This document shows, piece by piece, positions 18,091-27,829 of a DNA stretch of 45,434 nucleotides. The DNA is from Chthoniobacterales bacterium (GTDB lineage Bacteria > Verrucomicrobiota > Verrucomicrobiia > Chthoniobacterales > JBKEAD01). Location of the stretch: contig JBKEBM010000227.1 in the NCBI GenBank assembly GCA_047973165.1, positions 1 to 45,434 of the forward strand. The letters run 5' to 3'. Numbering within the stretch: the first letter of the stretch is position 1; each line of letters opens with the position of its first letter. Made by a program: the position numbers and the translations under genes. Below the pieces are notes generated by a model. The model was not told where the DNA came from. It searched no databases and saw only the letters and a program-made list of their open reading frames with translations.

Positions 18091-18905
18091 CAAAACTTCC
18101 ACCACTTCAGTTTGCATTTGTCGGGCCGGGAAATATGTCTCGCGCAATCTCTCGTGGAATGCAGAAAAAGGGGCTTTTCGCGGCATTGCCACCTCTGGTT
18201 TGCGGGCGTTCGAGCGAACGACAGCGAGCTTTTGAAGAGAGTTTTGGTGCTCGCTCTGCGACGCTTAATGAAGCAGTGCAGCAGAGTGATATTATCTTTT
18301 TAGCCGTAAAGCCAAAAGATGTGACTCAGGCTCTTGAAGATTGGAAAAATCAGCCGCGTAAAAGACAGGGGCTGATTATTTCCGTAATAGCGGGGCTGCC
18401 GCTGAATCGTCTGCAGGAGCTCGCGGGACCGCAGTGGCGCATCCTTCGGGGAATGCCAAATACCGCCGTCGAAATCGGAGAGGGAGTAACTGCCTTCTGT
18501 TCTGAAAATGCTTCGGCGGAAGACTGGAAAATCGCAGAGTCGATTTTTTCTCCGCTCGGAAAATTTTTGCGTCTCTCAGAAAATCAAATGGATGCCTTCA
18601 CCGCTGCCAGCGGTAGTGGAATCGCTTTTTTCTTTGCAATGATCGAGCAAATGACAGCAGCGGCCGTAGAGGAGGGGCTGTCCAAAGAAGCCGCACTGAC
18701 AGCCGTTTCTCAGGCGGCAGTTGGTGCAGGACGACTTTGCCTGGAGACAGGGCGCACTCCGAAGGAGCTTCGCGAGGTCGTGACGAGTCCCAACGGAACG
18801 ACGGCTGCCGGACTGGCCGCTATGCAGGATAAAAATTTTTCAGATGTGGTTCAGGCTGCTGTTCGCGCAGCAAGTCATCGATCAAAGGAACTTTCGAAAA
18901 CATGA
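18087..18905 (+). CDS. proC: Pyrroline-5-carboxylate reductase
   Basis: FVGPGNMSRAI, PNTAVEIGEGVTAF and VTSPNGTTAAGL are present. There is an ATGA overlap with pyrE. Confidence 0.85.
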   Translation: MTKLPPLQFAFVGPGNMSRAISRGMQKKGLFAALPPLVCGRSSERQRAFEESFGARSATLNEAVQQSDIIFLAVKPKDVTQALEDWKNQPRKRQGLIISVIAGLPLNRLQELAGPQWRILRGMPNTAVEIGEGVTAFCSENASAEDWKIAESIFSPLGKFLRLSENQMDAFTAASGSGIAFFFAMIEQMTAAAVEEGLSKEAALTAVSQAAVGAGRLCLETGRTPKELREVVTSPNGTTAAGLAAMQDKNFSDVVQAAVRAASHRSKELSKT

Positions 18906-19603
18906 GATATTTATTATTGGCTCCTATCGTGAGTTTTTTGGCTGTTGGTGCCATGGATTTGCAAGCGGAGCAGATGCCTCAGGAAATGCCAGAGCTTGTT
19001 CCCACGGTGGTGGTTAAGGAGATAGAAAAGGGAAATCACGCTTTTGCCGTTCAGGATTATGAACAGGCCAAAACGTCTTACGAACTCGTGCTGAAAGTAA
19101 AGCCGGACAATGTGCTTGCCTTGGTCAATTTGGGGCTTACGGAGTTTCATTTAAAAAATTTCGACCGGGCAGAGGAGCTTCTTTTCAAAGCTCTGAAACA
19201 GGATATTAAAACATCCGCAGCATGGCTTGTCCTGGGAATGATATATCTCGATCAGGCAAAATTATCCGAAGCTCTGGCGGCTCTTTCCAATGCCGTTTTG
19301 TATGAGCCGACAAATGCTCGTGCGCATAATTTTCTCGGCGTTACGATTGGTGAACTCGGCTGGTATGAGGGAGCCGAATCTGAATTTCGTAAAGCAATTA
19401 AGATAGATGAAGACTATGTCGATGCTCATTTTAACCTCGCTTACTTTTGTATGCAGCGACGCACTCCGGCGATTGAGCTGGCCCGGCGGCATTATCAAAA
19501 AGCGATTCAGCTCGGCGGTGCGGCTGATGCTGAACTGGAAAAACAATTTGCTGCTTTTGACAAAAACTCTTCAAAACAAAATACGACGATTAAGAATCCG
19601 TGA
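18902..19603 (+). CDS. Secreted TPR-repeat protein
   Basis: The signal peptide is MRYLLLAPIVSFLAVGAMDLQA. TPR units include NLGLTEFHLKNFDRAEELLFKALKQD and HNFLGVTIGELGWYEGAESEFRKAIKID. There is an ATGA overlap with proC. Confidence 0.6.
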   Translation: MRYLLLAPIVSFLAVGAMDLQAEQMPQEMPELVPTVVVKEIEKGNHAFAVQDYEQAKTSYELVLKVKPDNVLALVNLGLTEFHLKNFDRAEELLFKALKQDIKTSAAWLVLGMIYLDQAKLSEALAALSNAVLYEPTNARAHNFLGVTIGELGWYEGAESEFRKAIKIDEDYVDAHFNLAYFCMQRRTPAIELARRHYQKAIQLGGAADAELEKQFAAFDKNSSKQNTTIKNP

Positions 19604-20511
19604 TGATTTCGTTTTGCAGAGTGGGGATTTTTTTATCCCGGCAGTTTTTGCCTCTCGTGGTGCTTATATTAGCCGGAGTTTCAAATATCTCAGCCGAGCT
19701 TGTCGGAGTTCCCAATTCTGCGGCTCGTGCTCCGATTGTGCCGCCTGAGATTTACGGAAAGGCATATGTTTTATTCGATGCGGTAACGGGCAAGGTACTT
19801 CTTGAAAAAAACTCCCGTGAAAAATTACCTGTCGCCAGCACGCAGAAACTTCTTACCGCTCTCCTTATCGTGGAGGCGGGTAATTTAGATAAAAATGTTA
19901 CCATCCAGGCAGTCGATACAAAACCGGAGCCTTCCAAGCTCTATATAAAATCCGGTGAAGTTTACAAACGACGAGACCTTCTGCAAACTCTGCTCGTGCG
20001 TAGCATGAATGACGTCGCGGCTGCGCTGGCCCGGGATCACTCCGGATCGGTTGAAAAATTTTCCCAGGCTATGAATGTGCGTGCCCGGAGTCTGAAGGCA
20101 ACCTCTTCAAATTTCAAAAACCCGCACGGCCTTCCATCCGCAAACCAGTATTCCACGGCCCGGGATATGGCGATTATTGCACGGGCGGTTTACTTTAACC
20201 CAACGCTTCGTAAGATGATTCGTAGTGAGCGTTTTACCATCATACGCCCACGCGATGGAGCGGTGAAGAAATACAGAAATACCAATAAAGTTCTTCGTCG
20301 CTACCAATTTTGCAACGGGATGAAGACGGGATACACCCATGCCAGCGGGAACTGCCTCATCTCCAGCGGCTCATGGAATGGCCGACATGTAATCGCAGTT
20401 ATTCTGGGCAGTAACTCCAAACATATCTGGAATGACTCGGCTCGTTTACTTGCATACGGCCTGCGAATTCCTGAGGCTGATCTTCCAAAATTCAGAAAAG
20501 CTTCACAGTGA
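19600..20511 (+). CDS. D-alanyl-D-alanine carboxypeptidase (peptidase S11, PBP5/6-like)
   Basis: The three motifs are SxxK (VASTQKL), SxN (RSMND) and KTG (MKTGYT). The GTG at 19600 overlaps the upstream stop. ATG at 19603 is an alternative start. Confidence 0.8.
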   Translation: MMISFCRVGIFLSRQFLPLVVLILAGVSNISAELVGVPNSAARAPIVPPEIYGKAYVLFDAVTGKVLLEKNSREKLPVASTQKLLTALLIVEAGNLDKNVTIQAVDTKPEPSKLYIKSGEVYKRRDLLQTLLVRSMNDVAAALARDHSGSVEKFSQAMNVRARSLKATSSNFKNPHGLPSANQYSTARDMAIIARAVYFNPTLRKMIRSERFTIIRPRDGAVKKYRNTNKVLRRYQFCNGMKTGYTHASGNCLISSGSWNGRHVIAVILGSNSKHIWNDSARLLAYGLRIPEADLPKFRKASQ

Positions 20512-20563
20512 TTTTATTTTTTTGTGAATTTATACCAAATTATAACTTTGAGAGATTAAAGAT

Positions 20564-21355
20564 ATGCAAGCACTCCAAAAACCTGTCTGTTTGATCACCG
20601 GAGCCTCACGCGGAATTGGGCGTGGAATTGCCGTCGAACTCGCCGGTGGCAAAAGCCATCACCTTATCATAAACTTTGCGGGCAATGAGGCAGCGGCTAA
20701 AGAGTGTGCAGATTTGTGTCTGAAAGCATCTGATGGTGAAGTTCAGGTCGAAATCTGCCAGGGCGATATTTCTCTGGCTTCAGATCGTGAAAAACTTCTG
20801 GCCTTCGCCTCCGAAAAATTCGGACGCCTCGACGTGCTGGTCAACAACGCCGGAGTCGCTCCGACGGTGCGAGCAGACCTGCTGGAGGCGGACGAGGAGA
20901 GTTTTGACCGACTGATCAATATCAATCTGAAGGGACCGTATTTTCTGAGTCAGGGTGCAGCCAGGCTGATGCTGACTTCGGAGGCTTTGCCGGATGCTTT
21001 GCGAAGCATCATAAATATAACCAGCATTTCAACCTACACGGCTTCGATAAATCGAGGGGACTACTGCATCGCAAAGGCCGGACTGGCGATGATGACAAAG
21101 TTGTTTGCCACCCGTCTGGCTGATGACGGAATCGGTGTTTATGAAATTCGCCCAGGCATCATCCGGACTGATATGACCGGACCGGTGAAGGAAAAATATG
21201 ATAAGCTTTTCGAAGAGGGGATTACTCCGATTCGTCGCTGGGGGCAGCCCGACGATATTGGTCGCGCTGTTGCAGCGATTTGTTCAGGAGGTTTTCCATA
21301 CAGCACCGGTGAGGTCTTCAATGTAGACGGCGGTTTCCATCTGCGAACGTTGTAG
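20564..21355 (+). CDS. Short-chain dehydrogenase/reductase (SDR) family oxidoreductase
   Basis: [13 protein letters not shown] (cofactor binding), NNAG and YCIAKAG (YxxxK) are present. Confidence 0.8.
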   Translation: MQALQKPVCLITGASRGIGRGIAVELAGGKSHHLIINFAGNEAAAKECADLCLKASDGEVQVEICQGDISLASDREKLLAFASEKFGRLDVLVNNAGVAPTVRADLLEADEESFDRLININLKGPYFLSQGAARLMLTSEALPDALRSIINITSISTYTASINRGDYCIAKAGLAMMTKLFATRLADDGIGVYEIRPGIIRTDMTGPVKEKYDKLFEEGITPIRRWGQPDDIGRAVAAICSGGFPYSTGEVFNVDGGFHLRTL

Positions 21356-21384
21356 AGACACTCGAAGCACTTTTTAGAAGTGCT

Positions 21385-23451
21385 CTAAAATGAAAAGCCA
21401 AATCCAAATTGCCAGGCTCCTATAGGATCACCGTCTTTGCGGATTAGGTTGTATCCGTAGTCCACATGCAGTGCTCCAATGGGAGTGTAAAAACGGAGGC
21501 CGAGGCCGACGGCAACTCGTGTATTGCCGTGTTCATAGTTGTTTAGTGCTGGTGAGAGATTACCTGCATCCGAGAAGATGACTCCGTAAATGGGGCCGGT
21601 CAGCGGGATTTGTGCTTCGAGATTGATTACCCAATAAGTTTTACCACCAAGTAAAGCACCGTCCGGAGTGCGCGGTGCCATACCGTCGTATTGGAAACTT
21701 CTTACTGTATCGGGGCCGCCTAAAAAGAAACGTTCCGGAATGGGAAGTTCGCCTTTGTTATCAAAAGGTAAAATTGCACCTACGGCGTGGTTGAGCATTA
21801 TGAATGGGACGTAAGGGCGCGTTGTGGTGATCTCTGCCAGAGGAAAATAATAAGTCATTTTTCCTTCAATTTTGAAATAGGATATTTCGCCCCCGAGGGC
21901 ACGTGAGGCCAGCTCAGTATTATATTCCAGTTTATATCCCTGCATTGGGATCAGTATACTGTTTCGTCTGTCCAAAGTCTGAGAAAATGAAAGTGCCCCA
22001 ACGGTATAATCGTTTTCCTCAACATCAGCAAAAGTATCGCTGGCATAGGTTCTTGTTTTTGCGACGCCTCTCCATTCGTAGCCCAGATTATACCCTGTTA
22101 AATTGCTTGAAGAAAATTGTCGTTCGAGTTTTCCGTAGGCTCCGTAAACATAAGCACGATAGGCGGGCAGTCTTTGCTTAATAAAATAGGCTCCGGTCTT
22201 AGCTATAAACTGAGTATTAAACAGGAAGGGATCGGTGAGTTCGACCTGTGCGCCATAGCGACGCATGGAGGCAAAAGTCTCGACATCGAAACGCAGAAGT
22301 GTGCCCAGAAAGTTTCGATCAGTATATTCTAATTTACCAAAAGCACGATCCCATTCTCCGTAACCCCCGCTGATTTTGATTTGTTTGGCCGGGGCTTCCT
22401 GGAGGTTTAATTTTATATCAAGCGTGCCATCCGGATTAGGAGTTAAAGTCGGGTCTGCATTTTTAAAAGCACCTGTAAACCAAATGCGGCGAAGCCCTGC
22501 CTGTAATTTTTCGCTGTCGAATTCCTGCCCACTTTTTATTCCGAGCAGGCGGGCTACGGAGCCATACATAGTTCGGCGGTAACCCTCGATTTCTACTTTT
22601 CCGATACGATATTTTGGCCCTGGTGTTATTTGAAAATGGAGGCTGACATTTCCTGTTTTATCATTAATGCTTTCTGTTTCCAGTGCGCTTGCATTGTAGT
22701 ATCCGGAGTTGCGAAGCTCTCTTAAAACCTGTGAGCGTAATATTACAGACTCATCCTGCTGATAGAAATGCCCGAGGTGCTCATCAAGTATTTCTTCAAT
22801 CGGACGTATATCTTCAGGGATACCGCTGGCTGTTATGTTAGTCAGAATATACTGTGGCCCTTCTTCGATTGAGAAATGAACACCTCTGCTGCCAGGGGTA
22901 TTCTCATCGATAATCTCTGCCCATACCTGGACTCCGAGGTAGCCGTGATTTCGATATTGTGATATAATCGAACTTCCGGCATCTAAAATAGCGGATTCTA
23001 CGTAGTTTACCCGTCCAATCAGTCGCGAGGTGGCCTGGCGAATATAAGCCTCTACAATATCTTTCAACCGTTTATCTGAAAAAACAGTATTTCCACTGAA
23101 TATAACTTTGCCGAGTTGAATGCGATGCCCCTCATCAATCTTAAAAACAACATGCGGGCCTTCAGAAAAAAATTGATATTGCACATCGGTGTCGGGGAAT
23201 CCTTTCATATTATAGAATTCTTTTAAAAAATAAGCGGCATCATCAGCATCCATTATATCGAAATTCCCGGACAAAGGGGCTCTGTAATAATCGAGGGCAT
23301 GGAGCAGAGACTTATCTTTGAAAATTAAATTGCCCTCGAAAGTGACTTGCTGTGAATGTGGCGTTTCCGGATCGGCAATCTCCTCACTTTTGAGTGAAGC
23401 CAGGAGGAAGCAGAGAAAGCAGAGAGCGATACAGATTTTATATAGCTTCAT
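21385..23451 (-). CDS. Omp85-family outer-membrane protein (BamA/TamA-like)
   Basis: A signal peptide is followed by an N-terminal region of roughly 300 aa with POTRA-like repeats (e.g. VTFEGNLIFKDKSL and VIFSGNTVFSDKRL). A C-terminal beta-barrel ends in the terminal-Phe signal QFGFGFSF. Confidence 0.75.
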   Translation of the reverse strand: MKLYKICIALCFLCFLLASLKSEEIADPETPHSQQVTFEGNLIFKDKSLLHALDYYRAPLSGNFDIMDADDAAYFLKEFYNMKGFPDTDVQYQFFSEGPHVVFKIDEGHRIQLGKVIFSGNTVFSDKRLKDIVEAYIRQATSRLIGRVNYVESAILDAGSSIISQYRNHGYLGVQVWAEIIDENTPGSRGVHFSIEEGPQYILTNITASGIPEDIRPIEEILDEHLGHFYQQDESVILRSQVLRELRNSGYYNASALETESINDKTGNVSLHFQITPGPKYRIGKVEIEGYRRTMYGSVARLLGIKSGQEFDSEKLQAGLRRIWFTGAFKNADPTLTPNPDGTLDIKLNLQEAPAKQIKISGGYGEWDRAFGKLEYTDRNFLGTLLRFDVETFASMRRYGAQVELTDPFLFNTQFIAKTGAYFIKQRLPAYRAYVYGAYGKLERQFSSSNLTGYNLGYEWRGVAKTRTYASDTFADVEENDYTVGALSFSQTLDRRNSILIPMQGYKLEYNTELASRALGGEISYFKIEGKMTYYFPLAEITTTRPYVPFIMLNHAVGAILPFDNKGELPIPERFFLGGPDTVRSFQYDGMAPRTPDGALLGGKTYWVINLEAQIPLTGPIYGVIFSDAGNLSPALNNYEHGNTRVAVGLGLRFYTPIGALHVDYGYNLIRKDGDPIGAWQFGFGFSF

Positions 23452-26400
23452 CGAAAATTAAAACGATAAGTCAAACCGGCATCATAATAACCGCTTCCAT
23501 TTCTTTCACTAAATACGGAGAAAGAGTCATTGAGACGAAACTCGCCGTAAATACCTGCATTGTCTTCGAGATAATCCGGAGGAACGGTAAAGATACTGAT
23601 TCGATTAACGATAGAGTCTATGTTTACTCCTTTTGTATCGAACTGACGTAGTACAGCTTTTGCCAGTAATATACTGCCCTGTCCGAGTGCGGCCTGGCCA
23701 AAGTTATCTCCATCTCTGGCACCGGGCATGAGGCCTGTTGTCATCATCAGGACAAGCTGATCCTGGGGCATAGGGGGATTTGAACGAAGGAAAAATTTAG
23801 GTTTATCCAGTGGGCCGTAGATAACCAACTGGATGTCGTAGTTTGCGGCTTGTGCGTAGCCTTTTATATCGAGAGCAGGGATTCGAGGACTATTTTCCCG
23901 AAAATAAATATAACCATCCGGAATATTTAAAATAGTGAATGGCAGGTAGCCACGAATATTCTGCATTTGTATTTTTCCTGTCGGTCTGGGGTCTCCCAGA
24001 GTTCCTTTAAGTATAATGTCGGGATTGATTTCTCCGCTGGCGAGATTGCCTGCCAGGACAAAAGGCGTTTTATTTTTAATGCTTATATCAAGTTTCCATG
24101 ATCCCCAGGGTTCGGGAACAAAGCCTGAAAGTGAGGGAAGAAGGGGTGGAGGAGATGCATCAACCTTTGCTGAGGCTAGTAGTGGTGTGAGTTCGAGACG
24201 TTTATATATACTACCATTTATAAGGCCTATATCACCGGTGACGGCACCGTCGGTTCCCTGACCCGCAATGCGTATATCAAAATCTGATCGAAGTCGGATG
24301 GTCGGATTGCGCATCAGTAATACTTTTGTGCCTGTGAGTTTGAGATCGATCTTTGGTGCATTCAGGTCTATAATATCTATCGATCCGGCAATATTAAACG
24401 GAGCTGCTCCGATGGTTCCACCGAGATTTGTAATTTGTAATTTTGTTCCCTCAAAGAGTATTTTCCCACCGAAAGCATTGAGCCTGGGTATGGATGGTGC
24501 CAGGGCGAGGGATATGTCCTGGATGAGAAACTCTCCGTGGATATGGGGCTGACTTAAACGATTTGTAATTTTCGCATTTCCTTCGATACTTCCGGTGAGG
24601 CTTCGTGCCTGTGGACCAAGCAGAGGCTTGAAGCGAGAAAGATCGGTTTTAGGAATTCTGATACTGGCATTCAGGTCTCCATCGGGATTTACAAAATGCG
24701 GTTTTCCGTTTTCAGCAATCGAAATTCCAAAGGGAAAGGTTCCTTCGACTGAGAGAGGTTCGACGTTGGGATTAAAAAGTTTTCCGTCAATTGTTGCGGT
24801 TCCGTTTTCGGCATTAATACTAAGTGCTGTTTTGGAAACGAGCAGAAGTTCGCGCTTTGAAAGAGCTTTGCTGAAGTAGAGTTCTTTACTCGTAAGAGAA
24901 GCACTGAAAGTTGGAGATTTAATGTTTCCGGTAGCATTTAACTGAAAGTCCAGCCTGCCGCGCAGGGGAGATTTTTTTCCGATAAGGTCAAAGAGATGGT
25001 CGAGCTCCAGGGGGATGGACCTGACGAAAGCATATATTTCTTTATCTTCAATTATGCCGCTCTGCCAGTCTTTGCCTTGCAGCAGGCAGAAAGGGTTCCA
25101 CGGGAGATAGAGTTGTGCGACGGCGAGTTTTTTTTCACGGGCTTTGACGAACAGGTCGTCTATATTAACACCTTTTGTTCCGGCAGAAATGACCGTGCTC
25201 AGTTGCAGGGGATCGCCGAAGAGCTCAAACTTACTAAGATAGAGATTTTCGGGAGAATAGGTGCCGGTGAATTGTCCTCTGAGGCCGACGGGATACTCAG
25301 GAGTTTTTATATTTTCGAGAGCGAGTTCAAAGGCACCCGAGTGAGCGGAGGCAACACCATCTCCGTTCCATGCAAGAGAAAGTCCGCCGCTTAGTTTTTT
25401 CAAGAGGTCGTCTTGTTGTTTTTTTTCGGCTTCACTATCATTTGTTTCTGTGGGAGATACGGGGGTGGAGGATAATTCATCGATGGCTGCGAGGTAAGGA
25501 GAGAGGTCCTTTACATCCAGTTTCAGCTCACCCTGGTAGCGGTGGGGTGCTGTGATTTGCAGATCGCCTCTGGCGGTCAGTTGCGTATTGGCGGAATCGG
25601 CCTGGAGGGTTTCGATTGTGAGATCGTCTTCCTGAATTTTAGCTTTCGCATTTACTTTGCCGAGAGGGATATTTTTGATCGTGAGTTGCTCGCTTTGGAG
25701 GGAAAGGTGGCCGGAGCGTGTCGTATTTTTTTGTTGAAAATCGGCTTGGACGTGGATTTGTCCTTCGCTTTCGTCGAGAGGGAGGAGGTCGTCGAAGAGG
25801 TCTGTAAGAGAGGTCAGGTGCAGAATATCTGCATTGGCTTGTAATGAAAAATCGGACTCCTGCAGCGGTTTGTCGGGGAAGAGTCGGGCGCTTCCTTTTG
25901 CATCGATTTTATTTTTGTCCTGCGTGAGGAGGAAGCGTTCGAGTCGGATTTTCCGGGACTGGAGTTTGGCGGCGAGTGAGAGGTTTTTCCATCCGCGTTT
26001 TTGATAGAGAAAGTCGTTTGCTTTTAGCTGGAGGGTGGTTTGTCCGGCCAGTGGGTCTTGCGTGTTGCCGTGAAAGCTTGCGAAAAGTTCCTGGAGTTCG
26101 CCTTCTGCCTGGTAGTGCAGTCCGAGCGAGGCAAGTACAGGTGCTATGGGGATTTTTTGTCCCCAGAGGGAGAGGTGGAGTGCAGGTGGGGTTTGGTCGT
26201 TACTTATATTAAAGTCGCAGCGTAGCCAGCCTTCGTGAATTGTGGCTTCGAGGGTTACGGCGGGACCGTGCTGACGCAAAGCATCGATATAAATATCTTC
26301 GGCCAGAATGCCGGGAGCGAATTCAAGACCGGCGAGGTAGAGGCCGGCATTTTTCCAGGCGGTTTTGGCGCTCAGATTGCCGCGTTGGATATCGAGAAGG

Positions 26401-27023
26401 TTGGACTTGATCGCAAGTTGCCCAACTTTCAGTTTTCCAAGGGCGTCTTCGCTCAGGCTGAGATTTAATTTTTGAAGAGAATAGCGCTGCCGATCTGTGA
26501 GGATGAGGATGTCGGAATCCTGGACGTTAATTTGTAGCGGCAGAGCCAAAAGAACGTATTGTCGCCATGTGCGGAACTCCTCCGCAGCGTCTTCGAGTGA
26601 AAGCTCCTTCGACTCCGTATCGGCAGGGGCAGGCGGGGGTAAATGATCACTTTGCAGATCAAGAACGAAGGTGAGTTTTTCCAAACTCAGGCGCGAGAAA
26701 AGGCGTTCGCGTTTGTTAATGATTTCCCACAGATTTTGGAAAGCAAGTTCGAGGCGTTCACAATGGAGCTTCGAGGAATTTGCATGAGGCAGTTTTTTAT
26801 CAGGTAAAAAAGAGATGTCTGTAATGACAACAGGTTGTCCAAAACGAACACGGACAGTCGCTTTTTCGAGTTCCAAACCGAGGGCGGGTGCAGCTTTCTC
26901 AAGCCCTCTGTGAATTAAGTATGGAAGCAAGTGCCGCTCACTGATTCGGTAAGTAATTCCAAACAGAACAAGGGTGGTGAGCAGGATCACCAGGATAATT
27001 TTGCGCTTCTTAAATCGGAACAT
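23448..27023 (-). CDS. tamB: TamB-like translocation/assembly module protein (AsmA-like, DUF490 C-terminus)
   Basis: There is an N-terminal TM anchor (IILVILLTTLVLFGITY) and a 1191-aa beta-rich body. The C-terminus GTLGDPRPTGKIQMQNIRGYLPF...YIYF...LDIKGYA...YDIQLVIYGPLDKPKFFLRSNPPMPQDQLVLMMTTG matches the DUF490 pattern. There is an ATGA overlap with the Omp85 gene. Confidence 0.7.
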   Translation of the reverse strand: MFRFKKRKIILVILLTTLVLFGITYRISERHLLPYLIHRGLEKAAPALGLELEKATVRVRFGQPVVITDISFLPDKKLPHANSSKLHCERLELAFQNLWEIINKRERLFSRLSLEKLTFVLDLQSDHLPPPAPADTESKELSLEDAAEEFRTWRQYVLLALPLQINVQDSDILILTDRQRYSLQKLNLSLSEDALGKLKVGQLAIKSNLLDIQRGNLSAKTAWKNAGLYLAGLEFAPGILAEDIYIDALRQHGPAVTLEATIHEGWLRCDFNISNDQTPPALHLSLWGQKIPIAPVLASLGLHYQAEGELQELFASFHGNTQDPLAGQTTLQLKANDFLYQKRGWKNLSLAAKLQSRKIRLERFLLTQDKNKIDAKGSARLFPDKPLQESDFSLQANADILHLTSLTDLFDDLLPLDESEGQIHVQADFQQKNTTRSGHLSLQSEQLTIKNIPLGKVNAKAKIQEDDLTIETLQADSANTQLTARGDLQITAPHRYQGELKLDVKDLSPYLAAIDELSSTPVSPTETNDSEAEKKQQDDLLKKLSGGLSLAWNGDGVASAHSGAFELALENIKTPEYPVGLRGQFTGTYSPENLYLSKFELFGDPLQLSTVISAGTKGVNIDDLFVKAREKKLAVAQLYLPWNPFCLLQGKDWQSGIIEDKEIYAFVRSIPLELDHLFDLIGKKSPLRGRLDFQLNATGNIKSPTFSASLTSKELYFSKALSKRELLLVSKTALSINAENGTATIDGKLFNPNVEPLSVEGTFPFGISIAENGKPHFVNPDGDLNASIRIPKTDLSRFKPLLGPQARSLTGSIEGNAKITNRLSQPHIHGEFLIQDISLALAPSIPRLNAFGGKILFEGTKLQITNLGGTIGAAPFNIAGSIDIIDLNAPKIDLKLTGTKVLLMRNPTIRLRSDFDIRIAGQGTDGAVTGDIGLINGSIYKRLELTPLLASAKVDASPPPLLPSLSGFVPEPWGSWKLDISIKNKTPFVLAGNLASGEINPDIILKGTLGDPRPTGKIQMQNIRGYLPFTILNIPDGYIYFRENSPRIPALDIKGYAQAANYDIQLVIYGPLDKPKFFLRSNPPMPQDQLVLMMTTGLMPGARDGDNFGQAALGQGSILLAKAVLRQFDTKGVNIDSIVNRISIFTVPPDYLEDNAGIYGEFRLNDSFSVFSERNGSGYYDAGLTYRFNFR

Positions 27024-27100
27024 GGAAATTTCTATAAACGAGCGGAGATTCAGTTAATAACCTGTAGCCAGGAGTGCGCTATAAAAAAATATGCCTTGCT

Positions 27101-27143
27101 AAAAAAGATGCAGCCCGCCGCTACGAGTGTAACGACGGGCTGC
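27101..27143 (-). terminator. Putative rho-independent terminator downstream of the Nudix gene
   Basis: An 8-bp GC-rich stem pairs gcagcccg (27110-27117) with cgggctgc (27136-27143), with an 18-nt loop. On the minus strand it is followed by a U-tract (plus-strand aaaaaa at 27101-27106). Confidence 0.5.
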
Positions 27144-27258
27144 TGTTCCCCCCAGAACAAACTTTCAATGCGCATAATCTGTATAAAAATGACCGGGTTG
27201 GCAAGTGAAAAATTTCACAAAGTTTTATTTTATTTGTAACTATTTGATAATCAATAAA

Positions 27259-27771
27259 TTAAAATTCAAACTTTTTTTCGTCCACCCAGTCGATTTTGTA
27301 TTTTGTCATGGTGTCAGAGTCAAAATTGAAGAATCCGCGGAAGGATTTTCCCTCGATAACGCCGGGCAGCCAGTGTTGATCATCCGCCCACATTTTTTCG
27401 TAAGGGATAGCATTGAGCGGTGTCCAGAGCGGGACGGCTTCGTCGGTTTCGGTGGCGGTGCCGCTAAATTCGAAGGCAACAAAAACTGCGCAGTAAAGCG
27501 CGTAACCGTCGGCGAATTGAAAATGGAGTTCGCCGCGTTGCTGCGGATTGAGGGCGGTGACGTGGAGTTCCTCCTGGGTTTCCCGGATGGCGGCCTGGAG
27601 GGCAGTTTCACCGGGTTCGATACGACCACCTGGGCCATTTATTTTTCCGGCACCGAGGCCACGTTTTTTGAGGATGAGAAGAATTTTTTGATCGTGGATA
27701 ATGAAGAGGAGTGTGGCACGTTCGGTAGGCTGCCAGTTTTCCCAAAATTTGTCCCAGCTTGAGTCAGTCAT
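27259..27771 (-). CDS. Nudix hydrolase, MTH1/8-oxo-dGTPase-like
   Basis: KKRGLGAGKINGPGGRIEPGETALQAAIRETQEELHV is a Nudix box with MTH1-like flanks. Confidence 0.8.
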   Translation of the reverse strand: MTDSSWDKFWENWQPTERATLLFIIHDQKILLILKKRGLGAGKINGPGGRIEPGETALQAAIRETQEELHVTALNPQQRGELHFQFADGYALYCAVFVAFEFSGTATETDEAVPLWTPLNAIPYEKMWADDQHWLPGVIEGKSFRGFFNFDSDTMTKYKIDWVDEKKFEF

Positions 27772-27829
27772 GCGGGGGACTTTAGCAGTCTGATTAAATG
27801 AACCGCAATATTTCGTTCTATTTCAATTT

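Noticed and set aside
21366-21384. A 7-bp hairpin (agcactt / aagtgct, 5-nt loop) fills the 29-nt spacer between the convergent SDR and Omp85 genes.
   Set aside because: The stem is short and AT-rich, with no U-tract on either strand. It may be a weak bidirectional stop signal but is not supportable as a terminator call.
27204-27219. The palindrome agTGAaaaattTCAca is CRP/FNR-like (TGTGA-N6-TCACA).
   Set aside because: It occurs once in an AT-rich stretch, between the Nudix stop codon and the putative terminator. It is therefore not positioned in front of any gene start, and no CRP-family regulator is present in the window. It is likely chance.
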